Below, one piece after another: positions 1-10,500 of a DNA stretch of 32,000 nucleotides (position 1 is its first letter; each line of letters opens with the position of its first letter). The DNA is from Candidatus Heimdallarchaeota archaeon B3_Heim. GTDB lineage: Archaea > Asgardarchaeota > Heimdallarchaeia > Hodarchaeales > Hodarchaeaceae. Position numbers and translations under genes: made by a program. Below the pieces are notes generated by a model that was not told the DNA's origin, did no database searches, and saw only the letters and a program-made list of their open reading frames with translations. The stretch is taken from positions 1 to 32,000 of the forward strand of contig NJBF01000037.1 of assembly GCA_003144275.1 (NCBI GenBank), given 5' to 3'.

Positions 1-126
1 CCAGATCCCCAAGTAGTCCCAATGGAAAGCACTCCTTCTCTGGTTGCTCCCCTGCCGGATAGCGGATGTGTGACTCATCCTGTCCAGAACTAGTTTTTAA
101 CTAGTTGTCTGACAAATTTAGTCATG
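1..126 (+). mobile_element. Right-hand part of the ~360-bp CATG-flanked element (copy A), truncated by the window start
   Basis: Positions 10-126 align without gaps to 19381-19497 with 10 substitutions in 117 nt. Ends TTGTCTGACAAA-TTTAGT-CATG (CATG at 123-126). Confidence 0.92.
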
Positions 127-257
127 AAAAAAGTACCAAGATATTTCCTAGGATTCTAAAACCTGCGAAATTCATTCACGACCCAATAGTACGAATGGTC
201 AAATTCCCATTTTGCTTCTACTTTCTACATCCCTTGTGGAATTTCATCCATTATGAT

Positions 258-1808
258 TTAATCTTGCTGATGTTCGCTGATTAATTTCTGTGCTTTTTTG
301 AGATAATCTTCAATTTGTACTTTTTCAATTCGCTCTTTTACGGAAATAGCAGCATCCCACTTCTGAAATTCTCTTTCGATTTGCATCATCTCAAAACTAA
401 CCTTATCTTGCAAACGGTGGAGTTTATTGATATTAGCATCCTTTTTGACTTGTTCCAGAATGGCTAACGCTTTTTCAATCTTTCCATCGACAATTAACAT
501 CTTGGCCTTTAATAGTGAAAATTCTACGAGTTTAGGGGAAAATTTCAGAGTATCTGCCATCTGAATATGGTCATCGAGTAATTGTTGTGCTTCTACCATT
601 ATCTTTTTGTCTTCTGTGAGCTTAAATTCTTCTATATATAATTCTATGAGATGAGATACCACCAGGAAAGAGAAATCCTTGTCGGAAGTAGGCAAGATTT
701 GTGCATGTTTCGGATACCTTTCACTGTTTGCGTCTTCTAAGAGTTTATGGAATATTTGTTGAGCATGGCCTTTATCGATAAATCGGGAGCTAGATTTCAA
801 GAAGATAGCTTTAGCTAAAGAACCGTGGAGTTTCACTACTTCGTTACTTGTAGTTTTGCTAAATTCTTGGAATTTTTGATTACACTCATGTGCTTTCGGA
901 CGATTTTTTGATTCGACATAAAGAAACACTAGAGGAAGATAGCAGTATGAAAGTATCATTGGATTTCCAATTTCAACGGATGAATCAAATGCTTCTCTTA
1001 AGATCTCTTCAGCTTGTTCTATTTCCCCTTGTTGGTAAAACATCAAGCCTGTTAAGGAATTTACCACATTTAAACCTTGTATGTCACTAATTGATCTAAA
1101 TAATGCTAATACCTCAGAAAATTTTTCTTTAGCTTCTTTAAACTCTCCTTTATGCAAAGAATACTGTCCTTGCCATGTCCCTATCCAAGCCATTCCTTGT
1201 TTGGCATCAATCGTCTGAAAAATCTTCAGACTTTCTTCAAGTAATTCATAGTACTTGGTAATGTTTCCCTTCTCTCTTTCTATAAAGGCTGAGTAATATA
1301 AACACTTAGCTTTGATGAATTGGTTCGATTCATTGACTTTCAGACTTTTTTGGAAATATTTTGCTGCAGAGTTATTCTTAAATTCATAATAATGAGCCAT
1401 TCCGATTAAGAAATAGAGAAAAGAACTCCAAAAGGAGAGAAATTTAGAATTTTCTGAAAACTCTAATTTTTGCTGTTCTACTATGGATATTGTAGTAAAT
1501 CCTTTATTAATTGCTTCAGTGATATTACCTCGAGTAATGTGCAAATTTATAATCGAAGTTTGGTAAATTAAGCTTGAAATTGTATAATGCTTAGTAATAT
1601 CGGGTTTAGAAATTTTTTCGATGGTCTCTTTAGCATCCTTGACTTTTCCAAGTCGAATTAATGCTCTAGTGTGATAAGAGACACAGATGGCCTTTTCAAG
1701 GTCGCTCAGTTTTGTTGATGAGTGATTATATCTTAATTCATCGATTTCTTCTAGAAGTAATGAGTAGTCACCTGTTACATAAAGATGTTCCAGAGTTTCT
1801 TGATTCAT
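258..1808 (-). CDS. Tetratricopeptide-repeat (TPR-like) helical protein
   Basis: 516-aa ORF with repeated amphipathic helices of TPR pattern (e.g. LYFLIGMAHYYE..AAKYFQKSL; LTGLMFYQQGEIEQAEEILREA). Confidence 0.75.
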   Translation of the reverse strand: MNQETLEHLYVTGDYSLLLEEIDELRYNHSSTKLSDLEKAICVSYHTRALIRLGKVKDAKETIEKISKPDITKHYTISSLIYQTSIINLHITRGNITEAINKGFTTISIVEQQKLEFSENSKFLSFWSSFLYFLIGMAHYYEFKNNSAAKYFQKSLKVNESNQFIKAKCLYYSAFIEREKGNITKYYELLEESLKIFQTIDAKQGMAWIGTWQGQYSLHKGEFKEAKEKFSEVLALFRSISDIQGLNVVNSLTGLMFYQQGEIEQAEEILREAFDSSVEIGNPMILSYCYLPLVFLYVESKNRPKAHECNQKFQEFSKTTSNEVVKLHGSLAKAIFLKSSSRFIDKGHAQQIFHKLLEDANSERYPKHAQILPTSDKDFSFLVVSHLIELYIEEFKLTEDKKIMVEAQQLLDDHIQMADTLKFSPKLVEFSLLKAKMLIVDGKIEKALAILEQVKKDANINKLHRLQDKVSFEMMQIEREFQKWDAAISVKERIEKVQIEDYLKKAQKLISEHQQD

Positions 1809-1897
1809 CTAAAAACCTCTTATCTCATACTTGTTTTCTTAGAAAACCTAAAAAAACAGTTTTTACCCCATCTGTGCCAATATCAAATACATTATTG

Positions 1898-2548
1898 TCA
1901 AGATAAGAAATTCATTAAGTCTTGACTAATAAATTTGCCTTTTTCTCCACTTTCTAGTTTTAATAGTTTCTTTTTTATTGGGAGTCCACCTCCATACCCA
2001 ATAGGTGCACCATCTGATCCAATGACACGGTGACAGGGAACAATAATTGCAATTCCATTCTGTCCATTTGCATTTCCTACCGCTCGAACCGCTCCAGGGC
2101 GCCCGATCTTCTGTGCAATATCCATATAAGAAACAGTTTCCCCATATTTTATATCTAACAGTGCTTTCCAGACCTTTAATTGAAATTCAGATCCCCTGAT
2201 ATCTAATGGGACTGTAAAAGATTTCAATATTCCTTCTAAGTAAGCTTTCAATTGCATTTCAGCGAGTTCAATAATGTCTGTTGTACCGTACGAAATATTT
2301 TTCCCAAAATAGTTCTTTATTCGGTTGATTATCTTGGGAAAACTTTTTCGGTATTTGAAATCCATCAGACACAGGCCTTGTGTAGTACTTCCAAACATCA
2401 TTATTCCTATGGATGTTTTCACCTCTTTAAATGTTAAATGTGCCATTTCATTGGATTGATAGGCCCGAGAAGAAGGTTGAGGAGGCTTCAATACTACTTT
2501 ATCCGTCATTTCAATGTTTTCTAGATTTTTCATTTTCAATTTCCCCAT
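1898..2548 (-). CDS. ogt: Methylated-DNA-[protein]-cysteine S-methyltransferase (Ogt/AdaB-like)
   Basis: Contains IVPCHRVIG active-site motif, GSEFQLKVWKAL and RAVGNANGQN. True start may be the ATG at 2533 or at 2509, just after the ada stop. Confidence 0.93.
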   Translation of the reverse strand: MGKLKMKNLENIEMTDKVVLKPPQPSSRAYQSNEMAHLTFKEVKTSIGIMMFGSTTQGLCLMDFKYRKSFPKIINRIKNYFGKNISYGTTDIIELAEMQLKAYLEGILKSFTVPLDIRGSEFQLKVWKALLDIKYGETVSYMDIAQKIGRPGAVRAVGNANGQNGIAIIVPCHRVIGSDGAPIGYGGGLPIKKKLLKLESGEKGKFISQDLMNFLS

Positions 2549-3053
2549 ATTGTTTTTTGTACGCTAGTTTAAAGCCTTTAACTGATTGATAACCGACCAT
2601 AGAGGCTACTTCAGTTACTTTTCCTCCAGTAGATAACAATTCCTTTGCTTTATTAAGCCGTATAGTTCGATGGAAATCTTTGATCAACATCCCATATTGA
2701 TCCTTAAAATATCTCCTTATGGTACTAATATCTTGATTAACTAAATTAGCTAATTCAGTATCTGGAACTCGTCTATCAAAATTTTCACTTAAATATGCTT
2801 TCACATCTTCTACCCAGTCAGGATTATAAAATGGAGCATTTAATGGATGACATCGTTTGCAGGGGTTATAACCGCACTTTAGAGCTTCACTAGATGAAAA
2901 GACAAATACTACATTATTTTTTAGTGGTAATCTGGCTTTACAGGAGGGTAAGCAGAATATTTTTGTTGTTTTTACACACGGAAAAAACATTCCATCGAAA
3001 GAAGTATCATTTTCTCTAATCTTCTTGTACATAAAATCAAAGGAATATTTCAT
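2511..3053 (-). CDS. adaA: Ada metal-binding domain plus AraC-type HTH (AdaA-like methylphosphotriester methyltransferase/regulator)
   Basis: N-terminal VKTTKIFCLPSC...GYNPCKRCHP with four Cys, followed by an AraC signature (IRLNKAKELL...VASMVGYQSVKGFKLAYKKQYG). Confidence 0.88.
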   Translation of the reverse strand: MKYSFDFMYKKIRENDTSFDGMFFPCVKTTKIFCLPSCKARLPLKNNVVFVFSSSEALKCGYNPCKRCHPLNAPFYNPDWVEDVKAYLSENFDRRVPDTELANLVNQDISTIRRYFKDQYGMLIKDFHRTIRLNKAKELLSTGGKVTEVASMVGYQSVKGFKLAYKKQYGEIENEKSRKH

Positions 3054-3188
3054 TAATTAACGTAAAATCAAATCTATTTTTATATTTTTTGATTTGAAGA
3101 AAGAATTCAAGGAAAAAATCGGGTAGGCAATTTTTAATCGGCTTAATAGAAAATTAAAAAACGATTTTTTCATGAAAAGAATTTATAT

Positions 3189-3440
3189 TTACAAAAACTC
3201 CACTAATTTGATGAAATTTGAAATTAAAGGTTGATTTTCGACTATGTTTTTATTTTTATCATCCAAAGCTGAACCAATAGCGACACCAACCGCTACACCA
3301 GTTCCAGTACCCACTCCTATTCCGAGCGCAAGATTCCCAAACGCAATTCCGTAAACTATCCCTAAAACTACCCCAAAACATATCCCTAACGCGATTCCAA
3401 TACCTAATTTACTTTCTTGATTTGAATTGTTATTATTCAT
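3189..3440 (-). CDS. Small glycine-zipper membrane protein
   Basis: Periodic GxxxG hydrophobic stretch (GIGIALGICFGVVLGIVYG...GIGVGTGTGVAVGVAIG). Confidence 0.7.
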   Translation of the reverse strand: MNNNNSNQESKLGIGIALGICFGVVLGIVYGIAFGNLALGIGVGTGTGVAVGVAIGSALDDKNKNIVENQPLISNFIKLVEFL

Positions 3441-3686
3441 ATTGATTCTCTCTGAAGGTATTTCTTCATAATGAGATATTCTTAACGAATTAGCTTAAAG
3501 GTGAAATTGATATAAACTGATTGGTAGCGGAAGAATTGTCTAATTTCATCAAGTGAGGGTTGACTGGTCCCAGGCGGAAATTGATTTACTTATGATTAGG
3601 TAAAATTGTTTTCCAAGAGGAAAACGATTTCCTATTCATAACCTCGATAGGGCCCTTGCGGATTTCCTTTCTTCTCCAAATTATTC

Positions 3687-4691
3687 TTATGTAGAACAAG
3701 ATTCTGAGAGGAGACACAATATCTCGTAGATCATTGTTGCAGCTACCAGTGCTGTATTGCCTGAGGGATCAAAAGAGGGAGAAACTTCAACAAGATCTCC
3801 TCCAACAAGATTTAAACCTCGTAATCCTCTTAATAACATTTGAGCATCAAATGTAGATATTCCTCCTACCTCTGGTGTGCCTGTTCCTGGGGCATAGGCT
3901 GGATCTAGGCTATCAATGTCAAAAGAGATATAAGTGGGACTATTACCTACTTTTTTTCGTGTTTCATTAATTATAGCATTTACTCCCTGTTCCATGAATT
4001 CTTCGATAAAAACGACACGCATTCCTGATTCATGAGAGTATTTCCAACCTTCTTCCGAATTCTGAGCTCCACGAATGCCAATTTGAATTGTTTTCGCAGG
4101 ATCAAGAAGGCCTTCCTCAACTGCACGACGGAATGGTGTTCCATGTGTGAACTTATATCCCATTTCCTCATCACATGTGTCAGTATGCGCATCAATATGA
4201 ATTAACCCAATTGGTTGATCTTTGGCAATTGCTCGAAAGATCGGTAAGCAGATAGAATGGTCCCCTCCAACACTCATTGGAATTACCCCACCTGCATGAA
4301 CTTTATTGTAAAACTGAGTGATATCGTTATGAGCGTCTTGGATACTATAATAATGTGTAATGGGTACATCTCCTACGTCGGCAATACGACAATTCTTGTA
4401 AGGATTGATTCGTGTGGCATGGTGAATAGAGCGCATCATACTCGACATATTACGGATCTCACGCGGACCATCACGAGCACCAGGTCGATTTTCAACTGCC
4501 CCATCATAAGGTACTCCAATGATTGCGATATCTAAGTTTGATAGATCAGTAATATAAGGTGTTCGCATGAAAGTGGAGATACCAGTAAAGCGAGGAAGAG
4601 ACATTTTTTGGTAAAAATCGTCAGATTGATTTTTTGATTTTCTTTTCTTTTGAGGAGATTCGTTTTTCATTTTCATTCCACTTTCCATCAA
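3687..4691 (-). CDS. speB: Agmatinase / guanidino-acid ureohydrolase (arginase family)
   Basis: Metal-binding motifs GGDHSI, DAHTD, SFDIDSLDP and APGTGTP. Exact substrate (agmatine vs guanidinobutyrate etc.) cannot be resolved. Start may be a few codons downstream. Confidence 0.88.
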   Translation of the reverse strand: MMESGMKMKNESPQKKRKSKNQSDDFYQKMSLPRFTGISTFMRTPYITDLSNLDIAIIGVPYDGAVENRPGARDGPREIRNMSSMMRSIHHATRINPYKNCRIADVGDVPITHYYSIQDAHNDITQFYNKVHAGGVIPMSVGGDHSICLPIFRAIAKDQPIGLIHIDAHTDTCDEEMGYKFTHGTPFRRAVEEGLLDPAKTIQIGIRGAQNSEEGWKYSHESGMRVVFIEEFMEQGVNAIINETRKKVGNSPTYISFDIDSLDPAYAPGTGTPEVGGISTFDAQMLLRGLRGLNLVGGDLVEVSPSFDPSGNTALVAATMIYEILCLLSESCST

Positions 4692-4790
4692 TTATCATCA
4701 TTGTGAAATAACACGTTTCAAGAACAATTTTAAATTGTTTTGTATCAGTGCTCAAGAAGACCTTAGCGAATGAATTGGGATTGTATTGTT

Positions 4791-5501
4791 ATGGATGAAA
4801 AGGTGTTCCGAGAGTTTTTAAAGAAATCAGGAAGGCAATCAAACGTCATTGAAAAATATGTCTTATTTGTCATACAATTTGAGGATTATCTCGCAATTCA
4901 AACGCAAGGGAAGGAGGAACTAACGTTTACGACGGAATCTCTTGTAAATTACATTTCAGATTATGAAAGTACAACGAAGAAGTCAACACGAACCATATTG
5001 TATGCATTGATTCAATATTTTAAAGCAACAAAAAACGATTTAATGTATAAAATCGCATTAGAATTAAGAGAAACACGAAAGGTGAAGAAAGCTCCTTTTT
5101 TATTGAAGAAGATTCTAGGAATTGAGTCTAAATATATAGAACAGTTGAGTACCTTAGGAATCAAGAATGTCAACGATATGATTACTGCAGGAAGATCACC
5201 GAAACGTAGAAGGGTTTTAGTAGAAAAAACCGATATTCCGTATGATGTGATCGTAGAGCTTGTAAAAATATCAGATTTAACTCGAGTCGGTTATGTCAAG
5301 GAAAAACTGACAAGATTATACTTTAATGCAGGTGTACAAACACCTGCAGATCTCAGTGAGTGGGACGCTGCTGCTCTTCATAACCACTTCGAGCAGTACA
5401 TCAAAAATTCAGGTTGGGATGGTATGGTTCCTTATCTTTCTGATCTAAGGAGCAATATTGCAAATGCTAAGAAACTAAAATCAATTGTTGAGTACGAGTA
5501 A
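4791..5501 (+). CDS. DUF4332-like protein (helix-hairpin-helix-like C-terminus)
   Basis: C-terminal pattern LSTLGIKN...ELVKISDLTRVGYV...LYFNAGVQTPADL. ATG at 4791 preferred over the track start at 4770. Confidence 0.6.
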   Translation: MDEKVFREFLKKSGRQSNVIEKYVLFVIQFEDYLAIQTQGKEELTFTTESLVNYISDYESTTKKSTRTILYALIQYFKATKNDLMYKIALELRETRKVKKAPFLLKKILGIESKYIEQLSTLGIKNVNDMITAGRSPKRRRVLVEKTDIPYDVIVELVKISDLTRVGYVKEKLTRLYFNAGVQTPADLSEWDAAALHNHFEQYIKNSGWDGMVPYLSDLRSNIANAKKLKSIVEYE

Positions 5502-5504
5502 TGA

Positions 5505-7109
5505 TCATTTATTCCTCAAGAAAGGATTGGATTTTCTTAGTTTTTTTTTCAGAGAAATAGTCCATATAATTTCTTCTTTTTTTTTGAATTTGACAAAAAA
5601 AATCCCAATGATCAGTTGAATAGGAAACAGTGTATAACCCGAAGTACGATTTGTGGTAGTTGCTATTCGTGTTTGGATTATGGAGATGGTAATGTTCGTC
5701 AATGGACCAATACCAAAATCGACGGAATCAGTTGGCGTATGGTTCAACATGTAACTGGTAATGAAATACGATTCATCAAGTGAATCACAGGAAAAATCGC
5801 TATTAATGATCTCATTTGATTCATCGTGAAGATTTTGGTAGAATTGCCACCCGTTGGAATCATGAATAACAAGAGAGACACCTATAGCCTGAAGAGGGGC
5901 TTTTTTTATTTGGAGTGTAAATTTATCAGGTAGCTCCTTTAGTTTCAAAACATGGAAACCATAATAGCGAAGTAAGATGGTTTTGTTATGAATGGGAAAT
6001 TCATTCGCGATGTTAAAGCCAGATATTTGAGCGTTTAACTGTGAAAAGCCGTAAAGGTTATTCGCTACTTCAGGTTTATCGATTGTTACTGCGGTAATCC
6101 AATTTAAGTAGAGTTCATTGAATGTGACATTATAACCAGACGATTGAAGAACATTCTCAATACCTTTAGGACCATCAGCTGGCTCTTTGACTAATTTACG
6201 AAGGGTATCCAAACCATATTTTTCTGCAAGGTAGAAGGTAAATAGATATGCACTTCCATAATCGATAGCTCTGGGCATTCCCTCCTCGCTGTATACATTA
6301 AAATATAAGAGTGAATCTTCTGGAAGTGGAAGAAAATCTGCCACACGTGATGTTAGATTGGAATACGATGTTAGATAACCTGAATGGTACGTGGCATATT
6401 CTGCTAATCCCTCTAGAGTGAAGTGGGGCTCATCAAACTCATTGTTAAACCAAATAAGATGATGGAACTCATGCGCAATGGTGGTATGTAAATAAAATAG
6501 CCATTGAGATAGTTGGTAGTAGATGTAAATCATTTCGCATTCATTGCTGTAATCCAAAACTTGTTCGTTTCTCTGAGAATAGTAAGATGTCCAATTACGA
6601 GAAAGTAAAATAACAATTCTAGGGTCACCATCGATATCCCCTAAAGTTCCATTGGGATGGCCCGCTAAATCTGTAACTCCTGGATAGATTATATTGTCAA
6701 ATTCAGAGCAGATCGATTCTGCAAGCATATATACATTTGATTCTTCAAGCTCCGAAATGCAGCTATTCTCCAAAAAAACATAGCAATACATCCCAACACC
6801 AAATATTGTTGCGTTTATTAGATAGTATATTGAATCAGTGAAATCCCAAGACCAGAAGGTACGCTGATAGCCAACCTCAAAGGTTTCGCTGTACCGAATT
6901 GAAAACGGCACTCTTTTAGAAGATTCGAACGTCCTAGAATCCTGACCATAATGAGAGGGTTTGACAACATCGAAAGGTTGAATTATGGTCTCCATCTGTC
7001 TTTGAGTGGGAAAAATATGTGCCTGTGTTTTACCTGTGATTAGTAAACCATTTTGAGTGACTAGACTCAAGAATAAAAAAATAACAGTAAAAATTATTCG
7101 TATCTGCAC
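5505..7109 (-). CDS. Secreted, C-terminally anchored zinc metallopeptidase (HEXXH, M30-like)
   Basis: AHEFHH plus EGLAEY, and DIDGDPRIVILL. Hydrophobic N-terminus; C-terminal SGY-hydrophobic-basic tail. GTG at 7109 follows AGGTGAAGGA. Confidence 0.75.
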   Translation of the reverse strand: MQIRIIFTVIFLFLSLVTQNGLLITGKTQAHIFPTQRQMETIIQPFDVVKPSHYGQDSRTFESSKRVPFSIRYSETFEVGYQRTFWSWDFTDSIYYLINATIFGVGMYCYVFLENSCISELEESNVYMLAESICSEFDNIIYPGVTDLAGHPNGTLGDIDGDPRIVILLSRNWTSYYSQRNEQVLDYSNECEMIYIYYQLSQWLFYLHTTIAHEFHHLIWFNNEFDEPHFTLEGLAEYATYHSGYLTSYSNLTSRVADFLPLPEDSLLYFNVYSEEGMPRAIDYGSAYLFTFYLAEKYGLDTLRKLVKEPADGPKGIENVLQSSGYNVTFNELYLNWITAVTIDKPEVANNLYGFSQLNAQISGFNIANEFPIHNKTILLRYYGFHVLKLKELPDKFTLQIKKAPLQAIGVSLVIHDSNGWQFYQNLHDESNEIINSDFSCDSLDESYFITSYMLNHTPTDSVDFGIGPLTNITISIIQTRIATTTNRTSGYTLFPIQLIIGIFFVKFKKKEEIIWTISLKKKLRKSNPFLRNK

Positions 7110-7527
7110 TCCTTCACCTTTGTTGTGTATTAAATCCAACATCAGGTGGATATGAATAATCGTTGGGTATAATAATCTACATTTTCGAACAGTCGTTCGA
7201 AATTTTATTCCAATTTAATCAATAAATAAAGAGATTGTAATCGCAATGCCTGGCCAACAGGTGTAACTGAGTGTATGACATTAAGGCCTATTCATTCAGG
7301 CCACGATATCTTAAAATCAGGATTAAGTGAATCTTGAGAAAATTCATGAGTCTTCTCCATAACAGAGTGAGGAATGTCTCCCATTGCTTCACAAGAATTA
7401 ATTCTGAACTCATTGTGTATTTTTAATTAGAGGAATGTTATGCTTTTCGTAGTATATTATTGAGGAAACTTCAAATAGAATAACACCTCTTCGTATGTAG
7501 AATAGATTAGAATCTTAAATAAATAGG

Positions 7528-10500
7528 TTGAATGCATTGCTTTTGTCTAGGATACATAAACAAGCTAGATCTATGGTCTTTTGCCTCCTGATTATATTCA
7601 TTATAATCCCAGCTCTTAATTTGAATGAATATAATGATTCTAATAATCATATTTTTGATTTTAATTCAATACCATCATTAACTGATAATAATGAAGATCA
7701 TTATCTGGAAATTGAGCTGAAAAACCCCTTTTTCTCTATTCAACCCTTTCAACAACCTCGCATTCTCTTTGTTGTAGATAATCCCATTTCTCTAAATGTA
7801 GATAAAGATGTACGCTTTTTTGATTTTATGAACAAGTCTTTAAATTACAATGTTGTGTGTCATGAATCCAATGATTCGTATTCATATGAAAATTTTGACG
7901 CTATAGTAATTTCAAGTTCAGTGGGTGAAGAAAGTACCGTTGATTCATTATCGAACGTACCTATCCCGATTTTTACGATGCAAGCTGGTCATAATAATGA
8001 GTTCCAGTTGGGAGATGACTTTAGTATCAAGGATTCCGATAAATTTTATATTAACGATGGCGATCATTATGTTTCCCAAAATTTCGACAATAAAAGTTTT
8101 TTCACTGTATATGGAGCTGCAGATCCTATTGGGTATATTTATGATTACACTGCCGTGCCTATTGGCGCGGAAATTAACCCAATTGCTGTTAGAGTTGTCA
8201 AGAAAGAATCTGTTTACTTTCAAGAAGATGCAGTATGGTTAGTATTAGACAAAGGAGACAAAGATTGGAATTTAACTGCTTCTCCCGAAAGAAGAGCTTT
8301 TTGGGGGGCATATTTGGGGAATTCTCTCACTCTAAGTGGTTGGGAAAGTTGGAATCGCACTTTAAGTTGGATCCTTTATGATGACATTCCTGGAAATTCA
8401 ACCATCAAAGTAGAGGTCCTCGATCTAGATAATAAGACTGTTTCTAATGCTCAAGTCACTCTTACTGACTCTGGAAATCACTCTGTAAGTTGGAGTCAGA
8501 ATACCTCAAGTTATGGCTACACTACTTTTTCAAATGTTCCTTTTGGCTACTACAATATTACTGTGGAGTATGAAGATTCCATTAATACTGATTTACAATT
8601 TCTTGAGGTCGCAGGCGAGCGTACATACGATATAGAACCATTTTTATCTTATACCGTTCAAATAGATGAATATAGTGATAATGATCCCCCGATTATTACC
8701 GATATTCAGTTTAATCCCCTCAATTCAAATTTTTCTGCAAGTATCTATGATGTAAGTAATATAGATCATGTAAATCTAAGTTTAACTGTCAGAGATTCTT
8801 CTAATGGTAGCTTACTGCGGGATACTGTCTATAACATGGTATCACGGAATAATCTCCTCTATTTTAATGATAGTGCCTTGCAAGGATTACCTCTCACTGG
8901 ATTAAGTGTGCTGTATAACATCACTGCAACTGATGTAGCATTAAACATAGAAGTATCAGAAAATAAGTTCTTCACTCTTGGTGATCTAAATGCACCAATA
9001 GTCAATAGTTATAATGTTACTGACAATGAAGATGGCTCATTAGTATTTTACGCAAATATAACTGATACTGAGAGTCTGGTTCAGGATGTAGTTTTAAGAA
9101 TTAATGATACATATGAAAATATGTACGTGAATGCATCTGGATACTGGATTTTTGAAAAACCTGCCCACTTTGGGCTAGTATTGAACTATTCAATATTTTC
9201 TGCAACTGATAGCGTTGGGAATGTGAACAACGACAGTATTAATCCGAATTTTGGATTAATTACACCTCAAGATTCTGTAGAACCTTTGATTTATGCTGTT
9301 AGTGATACTCTTGATACTCATGAAGAAGGCTTCGTGACTTTTAGGGCTACTGTCGAAGAATCAAATGAATTCCAGAGTGGAATAAATGTAAGTAGTGTTT
9401 CAGTACTGCTTTCAATATTTAATGGTACATTGTGGGATAATGATACTTTTTATCCAATGACGGCACTCGGGGTAATCACATACGAATTTGAATACCATTT
9501 TCGCTATAATGATACTGTGGTTTATCAAATAGTTGCAGCAGATTTAGCAAGAAATTTGAATTTTGGGGATGAACATAATGACACGATAGATGACAATGCT
9601 ATCCCCAAATTATCCTTTAATGCTCAAGAGTTTGGTAATGGAGTTGTCGAATTTAATTCTACAGTAGTCGACTGGCCATATAATGCAACAGTTGTCACTC
9701 TCCACTTCACCCAGGACTATTTTGGAACCTGGTCTAATGTTTCAATGACTAATATTACTGAGAATTTATACATTTTTCAGGTGTCAAATTTTGACTTTCG
9801 ACTTCAAGATGTTTGGTATTATACGACTGCTATTGATCAATCTTCCAATTTATACGAACCTACATCAGATCAATACCAGAAGGTTGAATTAAGCGATATT
9901 ATTGCACCGCAAATATTCTTTATTATAGAAAATTCCACCTCAATCGATGGTCAAATTTTCATTACTTCATGGGCAAATGATCCTTATGGAGATACCCCTA
10001 ATATAAACAACACGTTTTACATTAATTTTACAAAACAAGGGGTTACTAGTCAATATGAAATGAACTATGATTCATTCTATTTCTATAAATTCAATCATGT
10101 ATTCAATTATAATGATGAAATCAACATCGAAATCTGGACAACAGATAGTGTAGGTAATATCGGAAAAATTGACCGTACTATAATAATAGGTGATTTTTCA
10201 GCCCCAAAGATTTTGAATACAGGTATATTTGAATACCAAAATGGTACTGTGACGTTTTGGGCAGAAGTTATAGAATTTTCAACTGGGAGTGGTCTTCCTG
10301 CGGAAAAATCCTCCGTCAAACTCGAATATGTATTTATTTCCAGCTTTAATGTATCTATGTCGTGGAATGGCTCTGAAAATGTATATATCTATACTGTATC
10401 GGGTTTTGTACCTGGAAATGCCTTTACTTATCGAGTGAGTGCGTTTGACAACAGTAATAATTCTGCTGTTACTTTTTGGAATAAAGAGAATATTGAAGAT

